Shown: piece after piece, positions 19,310 to 27,386 of the stretch
Numbering within the stretch: position 1 is the first letter of the stretch
Layout: each line of letters opens with the position of its first letter
IMG/VR virus record: IMGVR_UViG_3300032294_002797
Location: 1 to 64,000 of that record
Length of the DNA: 64,000 nucleotides
Reading direction: 5' to 3' (one strand)
Program-made: the position numbers and the translations under genes
The notes under the pieces: generated by a model
Databases searched by the model: none
What the model saw: the letters and a program-made list of their open reading frames with translations, nothing else
What the model was told of the DNA's origin: nothing

Positions 19310-19798
19310 ATGAAATGTATTAATTGTAATAAAGATACAGATAACCCTAAATTTTGCTCTAGATCATGCGGAGTGTCTTATAACAACAGAGTAAAACCAA
19401 AAAGAATTAAAAGAATGCAAACATGTATATTTTGTAAAAATCAATTTCATTCTTTACATAGTTATAATCAAAAATATTGTAATAAAAAATGTTTACAAAA
19501 TCATAGAGAGCACAATATCCAAACCAATGGTTTTGGAGAAGGTCATTATCATAATAATTCTATTAGAAAATACCTAATTAAAAAACATGGTAATCATTGT
19601 ATGATCTGTAACCAGTCTGGAGATAATTGGAACGGTAAGCCAATTACTTTAATTGTGGATCATATTGATGGTAAATCTAATAACAATAAACTAGATAACC
19701 TTAGAATTGTTTGTCCTAATTGCGATAGTCAACTACCTACATACAAAGCAAAAAACAAAGGAAATAGCACTCGTAGTTATTTTATAGTCCAAAAGTAA
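19310..19798 (+). CDS. HNH endonuclease inserted in tRNA cluster
   Basis: FCSRSC and YCNKKC Zn motifs; VDHIDGKSNNNKLDNLRIVCPNC; GGTGTA upstream; AGGAG RBS. Confidence 0.9.
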   Translation: MKCINCNKDTDNPKFCSRSCGVSYNNRVKPKRIKRMQTCIFCKNQFHSLHSYNQKYCNKKCLQNHREHNIQTNGFGEGHYHNNSIRKYLIKKHGNHCMICNQSGDNWNGKPITLIVDHIDGKSNNNKLDNLRIVCPNCDSQLPTYKAKNKGNSTRSYFIVQK

Positions 19799-19799
19799 A

Positions 19800-19874
19800 T
19801 AGGGCGTGGAGGAGTCGAACCTTCCCTTTTTTTCACCTTATAAGAGTGACTGCCACTACCGGCGGCAACGCCCC
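19800..19874 (-). tRNA. trnI: atypical tRNA-Ile(TAT)
   Basis: Acceptor GGGGCGT/ACGCCCT, anticodon arm TCACT-CTTATAA-GGTGA, TTCGA; short D-loop and T-stem mismatch. Confidence 0.65.
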
Positions 19875-19924
19875 ATATGAGTATCATACACTATCTATCG
19901 TCAGTTGTCAACCCCAATCTTTAG

Positions 19925-20009
19925 CGGAATCTGAGGGATTCGAACCCCCGGAGGATTTCTCCTCGTCGGTTTAGTAAACCGGTGCATTAGACCACTCTGC
20001 CAAGATTCC
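19925..20009 (-). tRNA. trnS: tRNA-Ser(ACT)
   Basis: Type II cloverleaf with long variable arm, G73, loop TT-ACT-AA. Confidence 0.85.
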
Positions 20010-20012
20010 AAA

Positions 20013-20084
20013 CTGGCGAGACAGGATTCGAACCTGTAACCTAGCGGTTAACAGCCGCTTGCACTACCGTTGTGCTACCCGCCA
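20013..20084 (-). tRNA. trnN: tRNA-Asn(GTT)
   Basis: Cloverleaf, AGCGG-CTGTTAA-CCGCT. Confidence 0.92.
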
Positions 20085-20089
20085 TCAAT

Positions 20090-20161
20090 TTCCGGAGCAT
20101 GGGTACGATCCATGAATAAACGGACCAAAGCCGTTTGTGATACCAGTTTCACCACTCCGGA
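20090..20161 (-). tRNA. trnQ: tRNA-Gln(TTG)
   Basis: Cloverleaf, AACGG-CTTTGGT-CCGTT; atypical T-loop ATCGTAC. Confidence 0.8.
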
Positions 20162-20164
20162 GCA

Positions 20165-20235
20165 AGCCCACAACTAGAATCGAACTAGTATTAGATGATT
20201 ACAAATCAACTGTATTACCATTATACTATGCGGGC
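20165..20235 (-). tRNA. trnT: tRNA-Thr(TGT)
   Basis: Cloverleaf, loop TT-TGT-AA. Confidence 0.85.
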
Positions 20236-20240
20236 GAAGC

Positions 20241-20429
20241 CTACATATCATAGTCCTGACGCCAACCCCTGTCAATATCACGACGGGTACGCTGACGCTT
20301 GGGACGGTTATCAAACAACGTATTACGTTCTTCTCGGTGTCCAGTAGCCAACTCCCACGGTTGCTTGACCTTGACCTTGATCTTATTGTGGTTGCGTTGG
20401 GGTCGAGTATCGTCGTTGAGGTGGTGCAT
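20241..20429 (-). CDS. basic hypothetical protein
   Basis: Arg-rich small ORF; start uncertain. Confidence 0.55.
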   Translation of the reverse strand: MHHLNDDTRPQRNHNKIKVKVKQPWELATGHREERNTLFDNRPKRQRTRRDIDRGWRQDYDM

Positions 20430-20637
20430 AGTCAAACCATTGTCCATTATCGTGTAAATAAAAAACCTTGTCAATATTAGGATCGTACGCCATTAAACAG
20501 TATTGTACCGGATAAACTGGTTTTGTCAACTGTTTTTGTGGAAGTTTAGGAAGTTTAATATCGCCCTTTTGATAGTCTTTTACACCAGTATAGGCTAAAC
20601 CTAATAGTGCAACGATTACCCCAATCCATTGGATCAT
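20383..20637 (-). CDS. membrane-anchored hypothetical protein
   Basis: AGGAGA RBS, N-terminal TM segment; follows promoter 20660-20688. Confidence 0.7.
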   Translation of the reverse strand: MIQWIGVIVALLGLAYTGVKDYQKGDIKLPKLPQKQLTKPVYPVQYCLMAYDPNIDKVFYLHDNGQWFDYAPPQRRYSTPTQPQ

Positions 20638-20659
20638 CAATTCTCCTTTGCGTCTAACT

Positions 20660-20688
20660 AGCATACCATACTTATCGGCAATTGTCAA
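20660..20688 (-). promoter_or_regulatory. sigma70-type early promoter with CCGATA box
   Basis: TTGACA-attgCCGATAagtatgg-TATGCT. Confidence 0.8.
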
Positions 20689-20705
20689 GCGACTCTTTAG
20701 TTTTT

Positions 20706-20787
20706 CCTAAGTACTTGAGACATAAGCACTTACGTCAAATTTTCGCCGCCCCGTTCGTCCTAAGTGGTTACCCACAAAGGACTTAGG
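20706..20787. repeat. 82-bp element copy 3
   Basis: 29+24+29. Confidence 0.9.
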
Positions 20788-20794
20788 AAGAGTT

Positions 20795-21031
20795 TTATTC
20801 TTCTTCCAGGCTCCAACCGGCTTTTCTTACCACCTTAGTAGTTTTATATACTTTAGTATCTGGTAATGCAGTAGCGTAGTCTTTGAATCCTCTTTCATCA
20901 AGATAAAAATGTTCGTCGAGCGTGTCAAATTTATTAGTCTCCCATAATGCTGCTACAGCAGCGTCCAGAGGTTTTTGATTAGTAGAGTAAATAAGTTGTA
21001 GTGTGCCAGATTGTATATAATACTTAGCCAC
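20795..21031 (-). CDS. hypothetical protein
   Basis: GTG start with GGAGG RBS, overlapping the upstream stop. Confidence 0.65.
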   Translation of the reverse strand: MAKYYIQSGTLQLIYSTNQKPLDAAVAALWETNKFDTLDEHFYLDERGFKDYATALPDTKVYKTTKVVRKAGWSLEEE

Positions 21032-21623
21032 TATACCCTCCACCACATTTGTAGCATGAGCAATATTCATATTCGTCCCCGCCCGTTCCTTCGGCCCAAC
21101 AAGGTTCCTCATACTCACCAATATCACCAAGGCTTTCACGACCAACATCTACAATAACCAATACTTTATGCTTACCTCTTTTTACATATCCAAGATTAGC
21201 ATTATGAGCATCTGTATAGGTTATCCCAAACATTTCTTCAATATCAACTATCATTCTGTTGATAACTTCGAAATTTTCGCACAGGTCATTCTCATAACAG
21301 TAGCCATCGCATTGCCTACACTTGAGCGGTGAAGCAATTTCGGTCAAGTATCCCCACTCGCTCAGTACCAATTTTTCCTCGGCTTTATAACCACCCTTGC
21401 CGTCTGATACTGCAAAATAGTTAGGAATCCGTATTCTGCAAACTGGACTATAAACACGCGGAGTAAAAGTACACGGTTCAGATAGTTCGCTCTGTATATG
21501 ATGAGCAAACTCGGCTAAACTTTTATTAGGAAAACTTTTGAATCCGTATCGGCTACCTTTCATTTTATAGAAAGAGTTTTTGCTTCCCCCATCGGCATAT
21601 TTACCAATATATTTAGTAGTCAT
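21024..21623 (-). CDS. protein kinase-like fold protein
   Basis: Gly loop DGGSK, beta3 Lys (GFKSF), catalytic DAHNAN, DFG-like DVG. Confidence 0.65.
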   Translation of the reverse strand: MTTKYIGKYADGGSKNSFYKMKGSRYGFKSFPNKSLAEFAHHIQSELSEPCTFTPRVYSPVCRIRIPNYFAVSDGKGGYKAEEKLVLSEWGYLTEIASPLKCRQCDGYCYENDLCENFEVINRMIVDIEEMFGITYTDAHNANLGYVKRGKHKVLVIVDVGRESLGDIGEYEEPCWAEGTGGDEYEYCSCYKCGGGYSG

Positions 21624-21632
21624 TACATTCTC

Positions 21633-22343
21633 CTAATGAGAGGGAAACAAAACATTAGCCAGACCACGAACACAAAGATCACAGTGTACGCTATTTTTGC
21701 TTTTTGTACAAGTCACAACGCCACGACCACGACGGATTTCCGGGCAAGTGATAAACTTCTCACCCTCTAATACAACGAGTTTAGGCAACGCTTCTCTCCA
21801 TGCGGCGGCTTTAGCCTTGCCGCGAGGACGCTTGGGAGCGATTTTAGTATCACTATCGCACCATGCGAAAAGTTTGAAACCAGCCGCTTTCGCTTGTTTC
21901 ATATCTTCACCGTCGTGGATACTAGCATACATATTTATATACTTGCCAAGTTGAGTAGACAATTTAGTATCATAAATATGGGTATAAGCCCACATAGTCG
22001 GCAGACTACCGCCACTGGCAAGAATACTCTCACAAGCCCACAATACATTATCTACATACTCATGGTCGAGTTCGCCATACTTGAAAAAGTCTCCACGCTC
22101 ATGCCAGCGAACATCTTTATTTTTCTTGACAGCATCCACAAGCATGGCACGGATACGATTTTTTTCCGTGATAAGATTTTGCATACCGGCAGGACGCACA
22201 CCGGGATAGATATTTTCCAAGTCCTCGGCATAGCATCCGTTCCCGAGAAAATCACAATCGCTAGGGCAAGTATCGCCAACGGGGCGACTCACTACGATGC
22301 AATTTTCTTTGCCCAACTTGTCATTACCATTTGCTGTTTTCAT
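21633..22343 (-). CDS. Gp88-like Cys-rich (putative Fe-S) phage protein
   Basis: TCPSDC...GCYA, VRWHERGDF, WAYTH and C-terminal CP...C...CxxC. Confidence 0.7.
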   Translation of the reverse strand: MKTANGNDKLGKENCIVVSRPVGDTCPSDCDFLGNGCYAEDLENIYPGVRPAGMQNLITEKNRIRAMLVDAVKKNKDVRWHERGDFFKYGELDHEYVDNVLWACESILASGGSLPTMWAYTHIYDTKLSTQLGKYINMYASIHDGEDMKQAKAAGFKLFAWCDSDTKIAPKRPRGKAKAAAWREALPKLVVLEGEKFITCPEIRRGRGVVTCTKSKNSVHCDLCVRGLANVLFPSH

Positions 22344-22364
22344 ATTCTTTCTCCTGTGCTACTG

Positions 22365-22393
22365 ATTCTACATTAGAGTATCGGCAGTGTCAA
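22365..22393 (-). promoter_or_regulatory. sigma70-type early promoter with CCGATA box
   Basis: TTGACA-ctgCCGATActctaatg-TAGAAT. Confidence 0.8.
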
Positions 22394-22421
22394 GAGAAAA
22401 ACTTTGGCAAAAATATTTTGA

Positions 22422-22503
22422 TGCAAGTCCTTGCTGCATCAGCAGTTACGTCAAAATCGGCCCCGCGAATTCGCCCTAAGTCTTTATGCTGCAACAACTT
22501 AGC
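22422..22503. repeat. 82-bp element copy 4
   Basis: 29+24+29; abuts the tRNA-Asp 3' end. Confidence 0.9.
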
Positions 22504-22576
22504 GAGAGCGACGGGACTTGAACCCGCAACCTCCAGCGTGACAGGCTGGCGATCTAACCAATTGATCTACGCTCCC
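22503..22576 (-). tRNA. trnD: tRNA-Asp(GTC)
   Basis: Cloverleaf, CCAGC-CTGTCAC-GCTGG. Confidence 0.95.
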
Positions 22577-22579
22577 AAA

Positions 22580-22651
22580 TAGCCCCAAGAGGAATCGAAC
22601 CTCTAACCAGTGCTTAGAAGGCACTTGTTATATCCATTTAACTATAGGGCC
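22580..22651 (-). tRNA. trnR: tRNA-Arg(TCT)
   Basis: Cloverleaf, AGTGC-CTTCTAA-GCACT. Confidence 0.92.
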
Positions 22652-22717
22652 ATAATACCGATAGCCGCCAGTTATTCACCAGCGGCATCTCGGTTTATTA
22701 TAGCATATCGTAGATGC

Positions 22718-22966
22718 TTAGGCAACAGCCTCGGCTTCCACCTTGGCATTGTGAGCGTCACCGGCCTGCTCGGCAGTAACACCCGTGACGCGGGCACGCC
22801 ACACCTTATAACCCTGCTCGCTGAAACTCTTGATTTCGCCAGCCTTGACATTAGCATGAACATCACCAGGCAGCGAACCACTCAGACACTCACGAATCGA
22901 ATCCACAACCGAGTCACGATCAAGTTCATCGGCAACAATATCAACCGCAAACGCAAACTTCTTCAT
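22718..22966 (-). CDS. hypothetical protein
   Basis: GGAGA RBS; GC-rich codon usage; tandem promoters at 23011-23039 and 23099-23127. Confidence 0.75.
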   Translation of the reverse strand: MKKFAFAVDIVADELDRDSVVDSIRECLSGSLPGDVHANVKAGEIKSFSEQGYKVWRARVTGVTAEQAGDAHNAKVEAEAVA

Positions 22967-23098
22967 GTTACATTCTCCAAAAGTGTTACAGTTCCAATCG
23001 TCATAGTATCAGTATACGCTACAGATACTTACTTGTCAAGAGTGCCATGAGGGTTTCTATTGTTGGCTTCGTGGCAGCGTCTTGCGTCGTACTCTATC

Positions 23099-23127
23099 AT
23101 TCTACAGTATAGTATCGGCATTGTCAA
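23099..23127 (-). promoter_or_regulatory. sigma70-type early promoter with CCGATA box
   Basis: TTGACA-atgCCGATActatactg-TAGAAT. Confidence 0.8.
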
Positions 23128-23165
23128 CCCAGCACTTGAGTTAGCCTCAAAAAATTTTTAGTCTT

Positions 23166-23247
23166 CCTAAGTCGTTGAGTATCAAGCACTTACGTCGAAT
23201 TTTCGCGGCCCGCCTCGCCCTAAGTTCTTTAGGGACAAGGCTTTAGG
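23166..23247. repeat. 82-bp element copy 5
   Basis: 29+24+29; abuts the stop at 23248; contains an exact IHF consensus TATCAAGCACTTA. Confidence 0.9.
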
Positions 23248-23619
23248 TTACGAGAGATAACCCTCACAACCCAAACCCGCAAGATCACGCAGCAGATTTT
23301 CCGCCGCTTCGGGAGTCTTGAGCGTGATGCTCTGCTTGGTGTTTGTAGCAGCAGGATACCACCTATCGCCCTTCCAACCACCCACCAGAAAATCCGTCCA
23401 CTCCTTACTTTCCTTCAGACCCCAGCCGGTGTGGAGTCGAATAGCCTTGATGCAAGGAATCCGGTTGTCAAGACTCATACCGCCCGTGATAGTAACGGTC
23501 TTGAGTTGATTCACGCCCAACGCAACCTCAAAAGCATTCACGATCCTGTCGTAAATGTCACGGTTGCAATTGTTGGACAGTTCAAAAGCCTCACGGACGC
23601 TCAGTTGCAGATTAATCAT
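23248..23619 (-). CDS. ribosomal protein bL12 (L7/L12) C-terminal-like domain protein
   Basis: RIPCIKAIRLHTGWGLKESKEW resembles KIxVIKxVRxxTGLGLKEAK. Confidence 0.7.
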   Translation of the reverse strand: MINLQLSVREAFELSNNCNRDIYDRIVNAFEVALGVNQLKTVTITGGMSLDNRIPCIKAIRLHTGWGLKESKEWTDFLVGGWKGDRWYPAATNTKQSITLKTPEAAENLLRDLAGLGCEGYLS

Positions 23620-24098
23620 ATTCCAAAACTTTCTGTATATTTAGGTTCAATCTCGTAAATGCCGTCAAAATTTCCGTTTCGTTCTTCTAGGACATATACC
23701 TGTTTACCATCAGTAATCAAGGTATCGTATTCACTATTGTCCCAAATGAACTCATTGTTATCACTTTCTCGTCGCCAGTGTGGATCACGAAGCGGATTAT
23801 AATACAACTTTTCCAGATTGTCAACAGGTAAAGAGGGATAAAAATCCTTACGCAACATAAACTCATTACATCTAACCCATCCACTCACATCATGCACACC
23901 AGCCTCAAATACCTGTTTAGCCTTATTCGGCCTATTCCACAACTTACAACCCCGCATCTCCAATTGATATTCAGACGGATCAAAATAGCAAACCTCCACG
24001 GTTTTGCCACCTTGCTTAATTTTCAGTTGCCAAAACATATAGTTAGGCCCGTTACTCAAATGAAAGCGAACTTCGCCGTATGGTGGTCTAGGTTTCAT
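23616..24098 (-). CDS. hypothetical phage protein
   Basis: 160-aa ORF; ATG only about 6 nt below a TAGAAT -10, so probably leaderless. Confidence 0.75.
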   Translation of the reverse strand: MKPRPPYGEVRFHLSNGPNYMFWQLKIKQGGKTVEVCYFDPSEYQLEMRGCKLWNRPNKAKQVFEAGVHDVSGWVRCNEFMLRKDFYPSLPVDNLEKLYYNPLRDPHWRRESDNNEFIWDNSEYDTLITDGKQVYVLEERNGNFDGIYEIEPKYTESFGI

Positions 24099-24145
24099 AT
24101 CGACATTCTACCTTAAAAACTTTAATTGTCAAGTACACCTTAGTC

Positions 24146-24192
24146 TGGCTGACTATCAGCAACGGCAGCAAATCCGTAGGATTAGGCAAGAC
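24146..24192. repeat. dispersed repeat family B copy 4
   Basis: GCTGACTA-N14-AAATCCGTAGGATTA-N5-GAC. Confidence 0.85.
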
Positions 24193-24279
24193 AAGCAGAT
24201 TGGGTTATGCCATACTCGGCCTTACATTTAACCGTGGCTTCTTTGATATCATTCTGCCAGCGGCCCTCATCTACTTATC
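24190..24279 (-). ncRNA. candidate small RNA (~90 nt)
   Basis: Own promoter 24287-24315; 11-bp closing helix with two G-U pairs on minus strand; no ORF. Confidence 0.5.
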
Positions 24280-24333
24280 GTGTTCTAGTATACCTCTATT
24301 ATCGGATATTGTCAAGGTTAGTCTTTAAAAAAT

Positions 24334-24415
24334 CCTAAGTGCTTGTCCCATAAGAAGTTACGACAAATTTTAGCCGCCGAATTTGCCCTAAGTCCTTATC
24401 CTACAATGAGTTACC
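24334..24415. repeat. 82-bp element copy 6
   Basis: 29+24+29. Confidence 0.9.
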
Positions 24416-24515
24416 GATATACCACCAATGGCATTGTTGGCAAAATATCCAGATTATACCATTTTTGTCATATTTCCAACACAATTCGTCACAAGCCCCA
24501 CACGGGCAAATATCA

Positions 24516-24689
24516 CTAAGAGTTTTCATATACAAACTTTATATATCTATCTACAAGTTCTGATACAGCAATCTCATGAGTACTGATTAGTTCTTTTACT
24601 TGGCTTACATTATGCTTATTTACAGCAGCCATCTTATTTCTGAAAAAACTCAGAATAAGAATCATAGCCTTATCACGATCATTAACCAT
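24516..24689 (-). CDS. hypothetical protein
   Basis: Start moved to MVNDRDK, overlapping the upstream stop. Confidence 0.55.
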   Translation of the reverse strand: MVNDRDKAMILILSFFRNKMAAVNKHNVSQVKELISTHEIAVSELVDRYIKFVYENS

Positions 24690-24939
24690 GTGGATAATCC
24701 TTTGGGTAATCAGTCTCTGGACGTTGTGGCTTGGGTTGTCCCTCGTATGGCATCCACCACGGAGCATCCATACGATCTACTATACCGGGACTTTCTTCAC
24801 AAATCAAGATATGTTCACTCACAGGATCGTCCCAATGAATCTCATATCTTCCCTGCCACACACCAATATACTCGCCAAAATAGTAAACTTTCTGACCATT
24901 AATAGGGCGACGAGGACCGAAAAAACTAATCCATTCCAT
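24682..24939 (-). CDS. hypothetical protein
   Basis: MEWIS...P...WWMP pattern common in small phage proteins. Confidence 0.7.
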   Translation of the reverse strand: MEWISFFGPRRPINGQKVYYFGEYIGVWQGRYEIHWDDPVSEHILICEESPGIVDRMDAPWWMPYEGQPKPQRPETDYPKDYPHG

Positions 24940-25133
24940 TAAGATTTTACCTTATGATTAAAAGCCGTATCATATGCTTCCTCTGCCTCTTCGATTTTTT
25001 TCAACACGCTATTTTGCATCTTCTGAAACTGGGCTTTATTGCCCCAGTAATAACCTTCTTCAATATGGTCATGGACAAGGCTCAAGAGATAATCAAGTTC
25101 AGTCTTAGTAAATTCAATAGTTTCGGTTTTCAT
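24939..25133 (-). CDS. hypothetical protein
   Basis: TAATG coupling. Confidence 0.65.
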   Translation of the reverse strand: MKTETIEFTKTELDYLLSLVHDHIEEGYYWGNKAQFQKMQNSVLKKIEEAEEAYDTAFNHKVKS

Positions 25134-25366
25134 TACCAATTCTCCGGCATAGAAATCTCATCAAAACCAATATAGCATATCACTAACGAATTGTCAAACT
25201 GATCCCATTCCAAAGCACCATCATCATATTCTCCATGCCACCAATCACCCCAACCACCTTCTTCTTGATTCCAAGTAAGATCAATAGGAGACGAATATCC
25301 CTTCACGCAACAAAGATATTTCTGATTCACAATAGGATCACCATAATGCCAGTTCATTATTTCCAC
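25133..25366 (-). CDS. hypothetical protein
   Basis: Packed ORF. Confidence 0.65.
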   Translation of the reverse strand: MEIMNWHYGDPIVNQKYLCCVKGYSSPIDLTWNQEEGGWGDWWHGEYDDGALEWDQFDNSLVICYIGFDEISMPENW

Positions 25367-25518
25367 CTAAAACTAAAGTGAGTAGCCTCGTTATCACAAA
25401 TAAACGTAAAATATGCCAGAAAGAACATAGTCAAAGATGGGAAAAATAAAATGATTTTACGAAAGATTCTCATCATGTTTCCTTTTCCACCATTATACCA
25501 TTCTTTATCGTCAAGTCA

Positions 25519-26040
25519 AGTACCGACACACTGATAGTTTTACGAATAACACTCGGTACTATGTTAGTTCAACCTCAAGGTTTTACCTTATCTAAGGAAA
25601 CTATCAGCAGATTTATAACCAGCGAATCTTTTACGCCCCGATTCTATAATCCATATTAGCCTAAATACTCTAGTGCGAATATCTTCGGGAATATGGAAAC
25701 CGTCCACGGAACTCCTCCCTAGAATCGAGTTAAACTTCCGGAATGTTTTTCGATTCATCTGGCTCTTGGAAACGGTTACTGGTATATTTTATATGGCAGA
25801 GTTTTTAGCCTATCACAAAGGATGGGAAGGGCGAACTCTTTTAATCCTAACCTATTATCTAGGAACCATAATATTGTTTATGGGTGTCACCTATTTCTAC
25901 TCATGCTATCGCATTTTCGGAGGCCACATGGAAGGATCGTCACCGGTAACTCCTCTTCGCTCTGTTGTGCTTTGCCTCGTCATACGGAAAACCGTCACCC
26001 ATAAAGTATTGGTCGTGGTGAGGACGCTATCCCCCATAGA
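25519..26040 (-). ncRNA. candidate large structured ncRNA (~520 nt)
   Basis: Own promoter 26049-26076; no minus-strand ORF of 60 aa or more; several 7-10 bp perfect helices and a 3' pseudoknot. Confidence 0.6.
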
Positions 26041-26076
26041 TTGGTATTACTATACAGCATATAACCTTGCTGTCAA

Positions 26077-26260
26077 CCCCGGCGATGATTACGTCTTCGC
26101 TGAACGGGAGGTTTATCGTAATAGGTTATCCAATCTAGTCCCTGAGCATGGACCCACGAAAGTTTGTCATAGTACGCTAGGTTTAGTGCTGCTTCTCTAT
26201 CCTAGCACGGCTTAGTATGATGTTATCTCTGGCACTCAACCGCTATGATTTGTTTTGTCT
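26077..26260 (-). ncRNA. candidate structured RNA (~185 nt)
   Basis: Own promoter 26270-26297; multi-stem junction; no ORF of 60 aa or more. Confidence 0.45.
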
Positions 26261-26326
26261 TACTCAGTCATTCTACAATATATTATCGACTTGTCAAGAG
26301 GGTTTCTTGAAAAAATATTTTTTTGA

Positions 26327-26408
26327 TGTAAGGTGTTGGAGGATAAAGACTTACGACAAATCCGGCGGCGCAAATTCGCCCTAAGTCCCCTTGGGCAAAG
26401 AACTTAGA
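26327..26408. repeat. 82-bp element copy 7
   Basis: 29+24+29. Confidence 0.9.
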
Positions 26409-26419
26409 GCGAACCGCGT

Positions 26420-26902
26420 TTAGGTAGTTGCTTCTTCTGTATCGTCTTTGAAGAATTCTTCCATACCAAACTCATTCCACAATGCGACAGGAATCATATC
26501 CTTACTCGGATATTCCACATAGTTATCAGCACCATTATCCCAAATACCACAGAAAGCCATGCCCGGCTCCCAATAACTAGCCTTTACATCATATCCCAAC
26601 TCAACCAGTTTATCATACAAACCAATAGGAGGACTCCACGCACTATCAAACGAACAACTTACTTGGTTTCCTACCCTAGTAGCCTTCAAGCCGTGATATT
26701 CTTCCCTATCTGTACCCATATCGGCCCCAATATCCCATTTGGTTCCCCAATTATCTATTTGCCAGCCGTACCAATCTTCACCTTCTGGTAGAGGCAGAAA
26801 TTCTTCACAAGCCTTACCCAGATTATAGGCTTTCTCAAATCGGTCAACCATAGAAACATCAGTATGCTCAACCGTCAATTTATTCAAACACCAATTAGGC
26901 AT
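26420..26902 (-). CDS. DUF1281/YubB-like ferredoxin-fold protein
   Basis: MPNWCxNxL, WYGWQIDNWGTKWD, FDSAWSPP and EPGMAFCG motifs. Confidence 0.8.
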   Translation of the reverse strand: MPNWCLNKLTVEHTDVSMVDRFEKAYNLGKACEEFLPLPEGEDWYGWQIDNWGTKWDIGADMGTDREEYHGLKATRVGNQVSCSFDSAWSPPIGLYDKLVELGYDVKASYWEPGMAFCGIWDNGADNYVEYPSKDMIPVALWNEFGMEEFFKDDTEEATT

Positions 26903-26912
26903 CTTTTTTCCT

Positions 26913-27071
26913 TTATTCTATTTCCAAAATCTCATAGACCCCAATCTTAGGATCCATACAATGTTCATCATATTCTTTTTCTTGACGAACCCACTCCCTA
27001 GCATCCTCTATATCGTCAAAATCATAGTTTCTACTTGACCCATTTTCAGTTCTAATCACACGATAGACCAT
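26913..27071 (-). CDS. hypothetical protein
   Basis: Start moved to MVYRVI (GAGG RBS, promoter 27094-27122). Confidence 0.6.
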   Translation of the reverse strand: MVYRVIRTENGSSRNYDFDDIEDAREWVRQEKEYDEHCMDPKIGVYEILEIE

Positions 27072-27135
27072 ACAGACCTCTCTTTCTGCACCAATCATAT
27101 CATAATACAGACTATTTGTCAAGAGCCCATTATTT

Positions 27136-27182
27136 TGGCTGACTATCGCCCATAACCGCAAATCCGTAGGATTAGGAGGGAC
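27136..27182. repeat. dispersed repeat family B copy 5
   Basis: Consensus match; contains the stop of 27172..27333. Confidence 0.85.
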
Positions 27183-27333
27183 AGGATATACGTTCAACTA
27201 AAATATAGTCGCCATATTTTTCTTTGGCTTTTCGTAGAGCATCATATTCGCTCATAGCAACAACGTATCCAACAAAACGATTGTGTTGGAAAACTCGCCA
27301 TGAAATACCGGAATAGCAAAATGTAGTGTTCAT
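27172..27333 (-). CDS. hypothetical protein
   Basis: Probably leaderless, under promoter 27340-27367; ends CPS-stop inside repeat B. Confidence 0.6.
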   Translation of the reverse strand: MNTTFCYSGISWRVFQHNRFVGYVVAMSEYDALRKAKEKYGDYILVERISCPS

Positions 27334-27386
27334 AGAGTTATTGTACCGTATTATCGGCAAGAGTCAAGAGCAAACTTTAGATTATT

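Noticed and set aside
24215-24265. Pistol ribozyme (GCCACGGTTAAAT resemblance)
   Set aside because: The required pseudoknot and downstream conserved segment were not found
25673-26215. 180-aa + strand ORF
   Set aside because: Antisense to local transcription, no RBS or motif, spans a minus-strand promoter; better explained as the shadow of structured RNA
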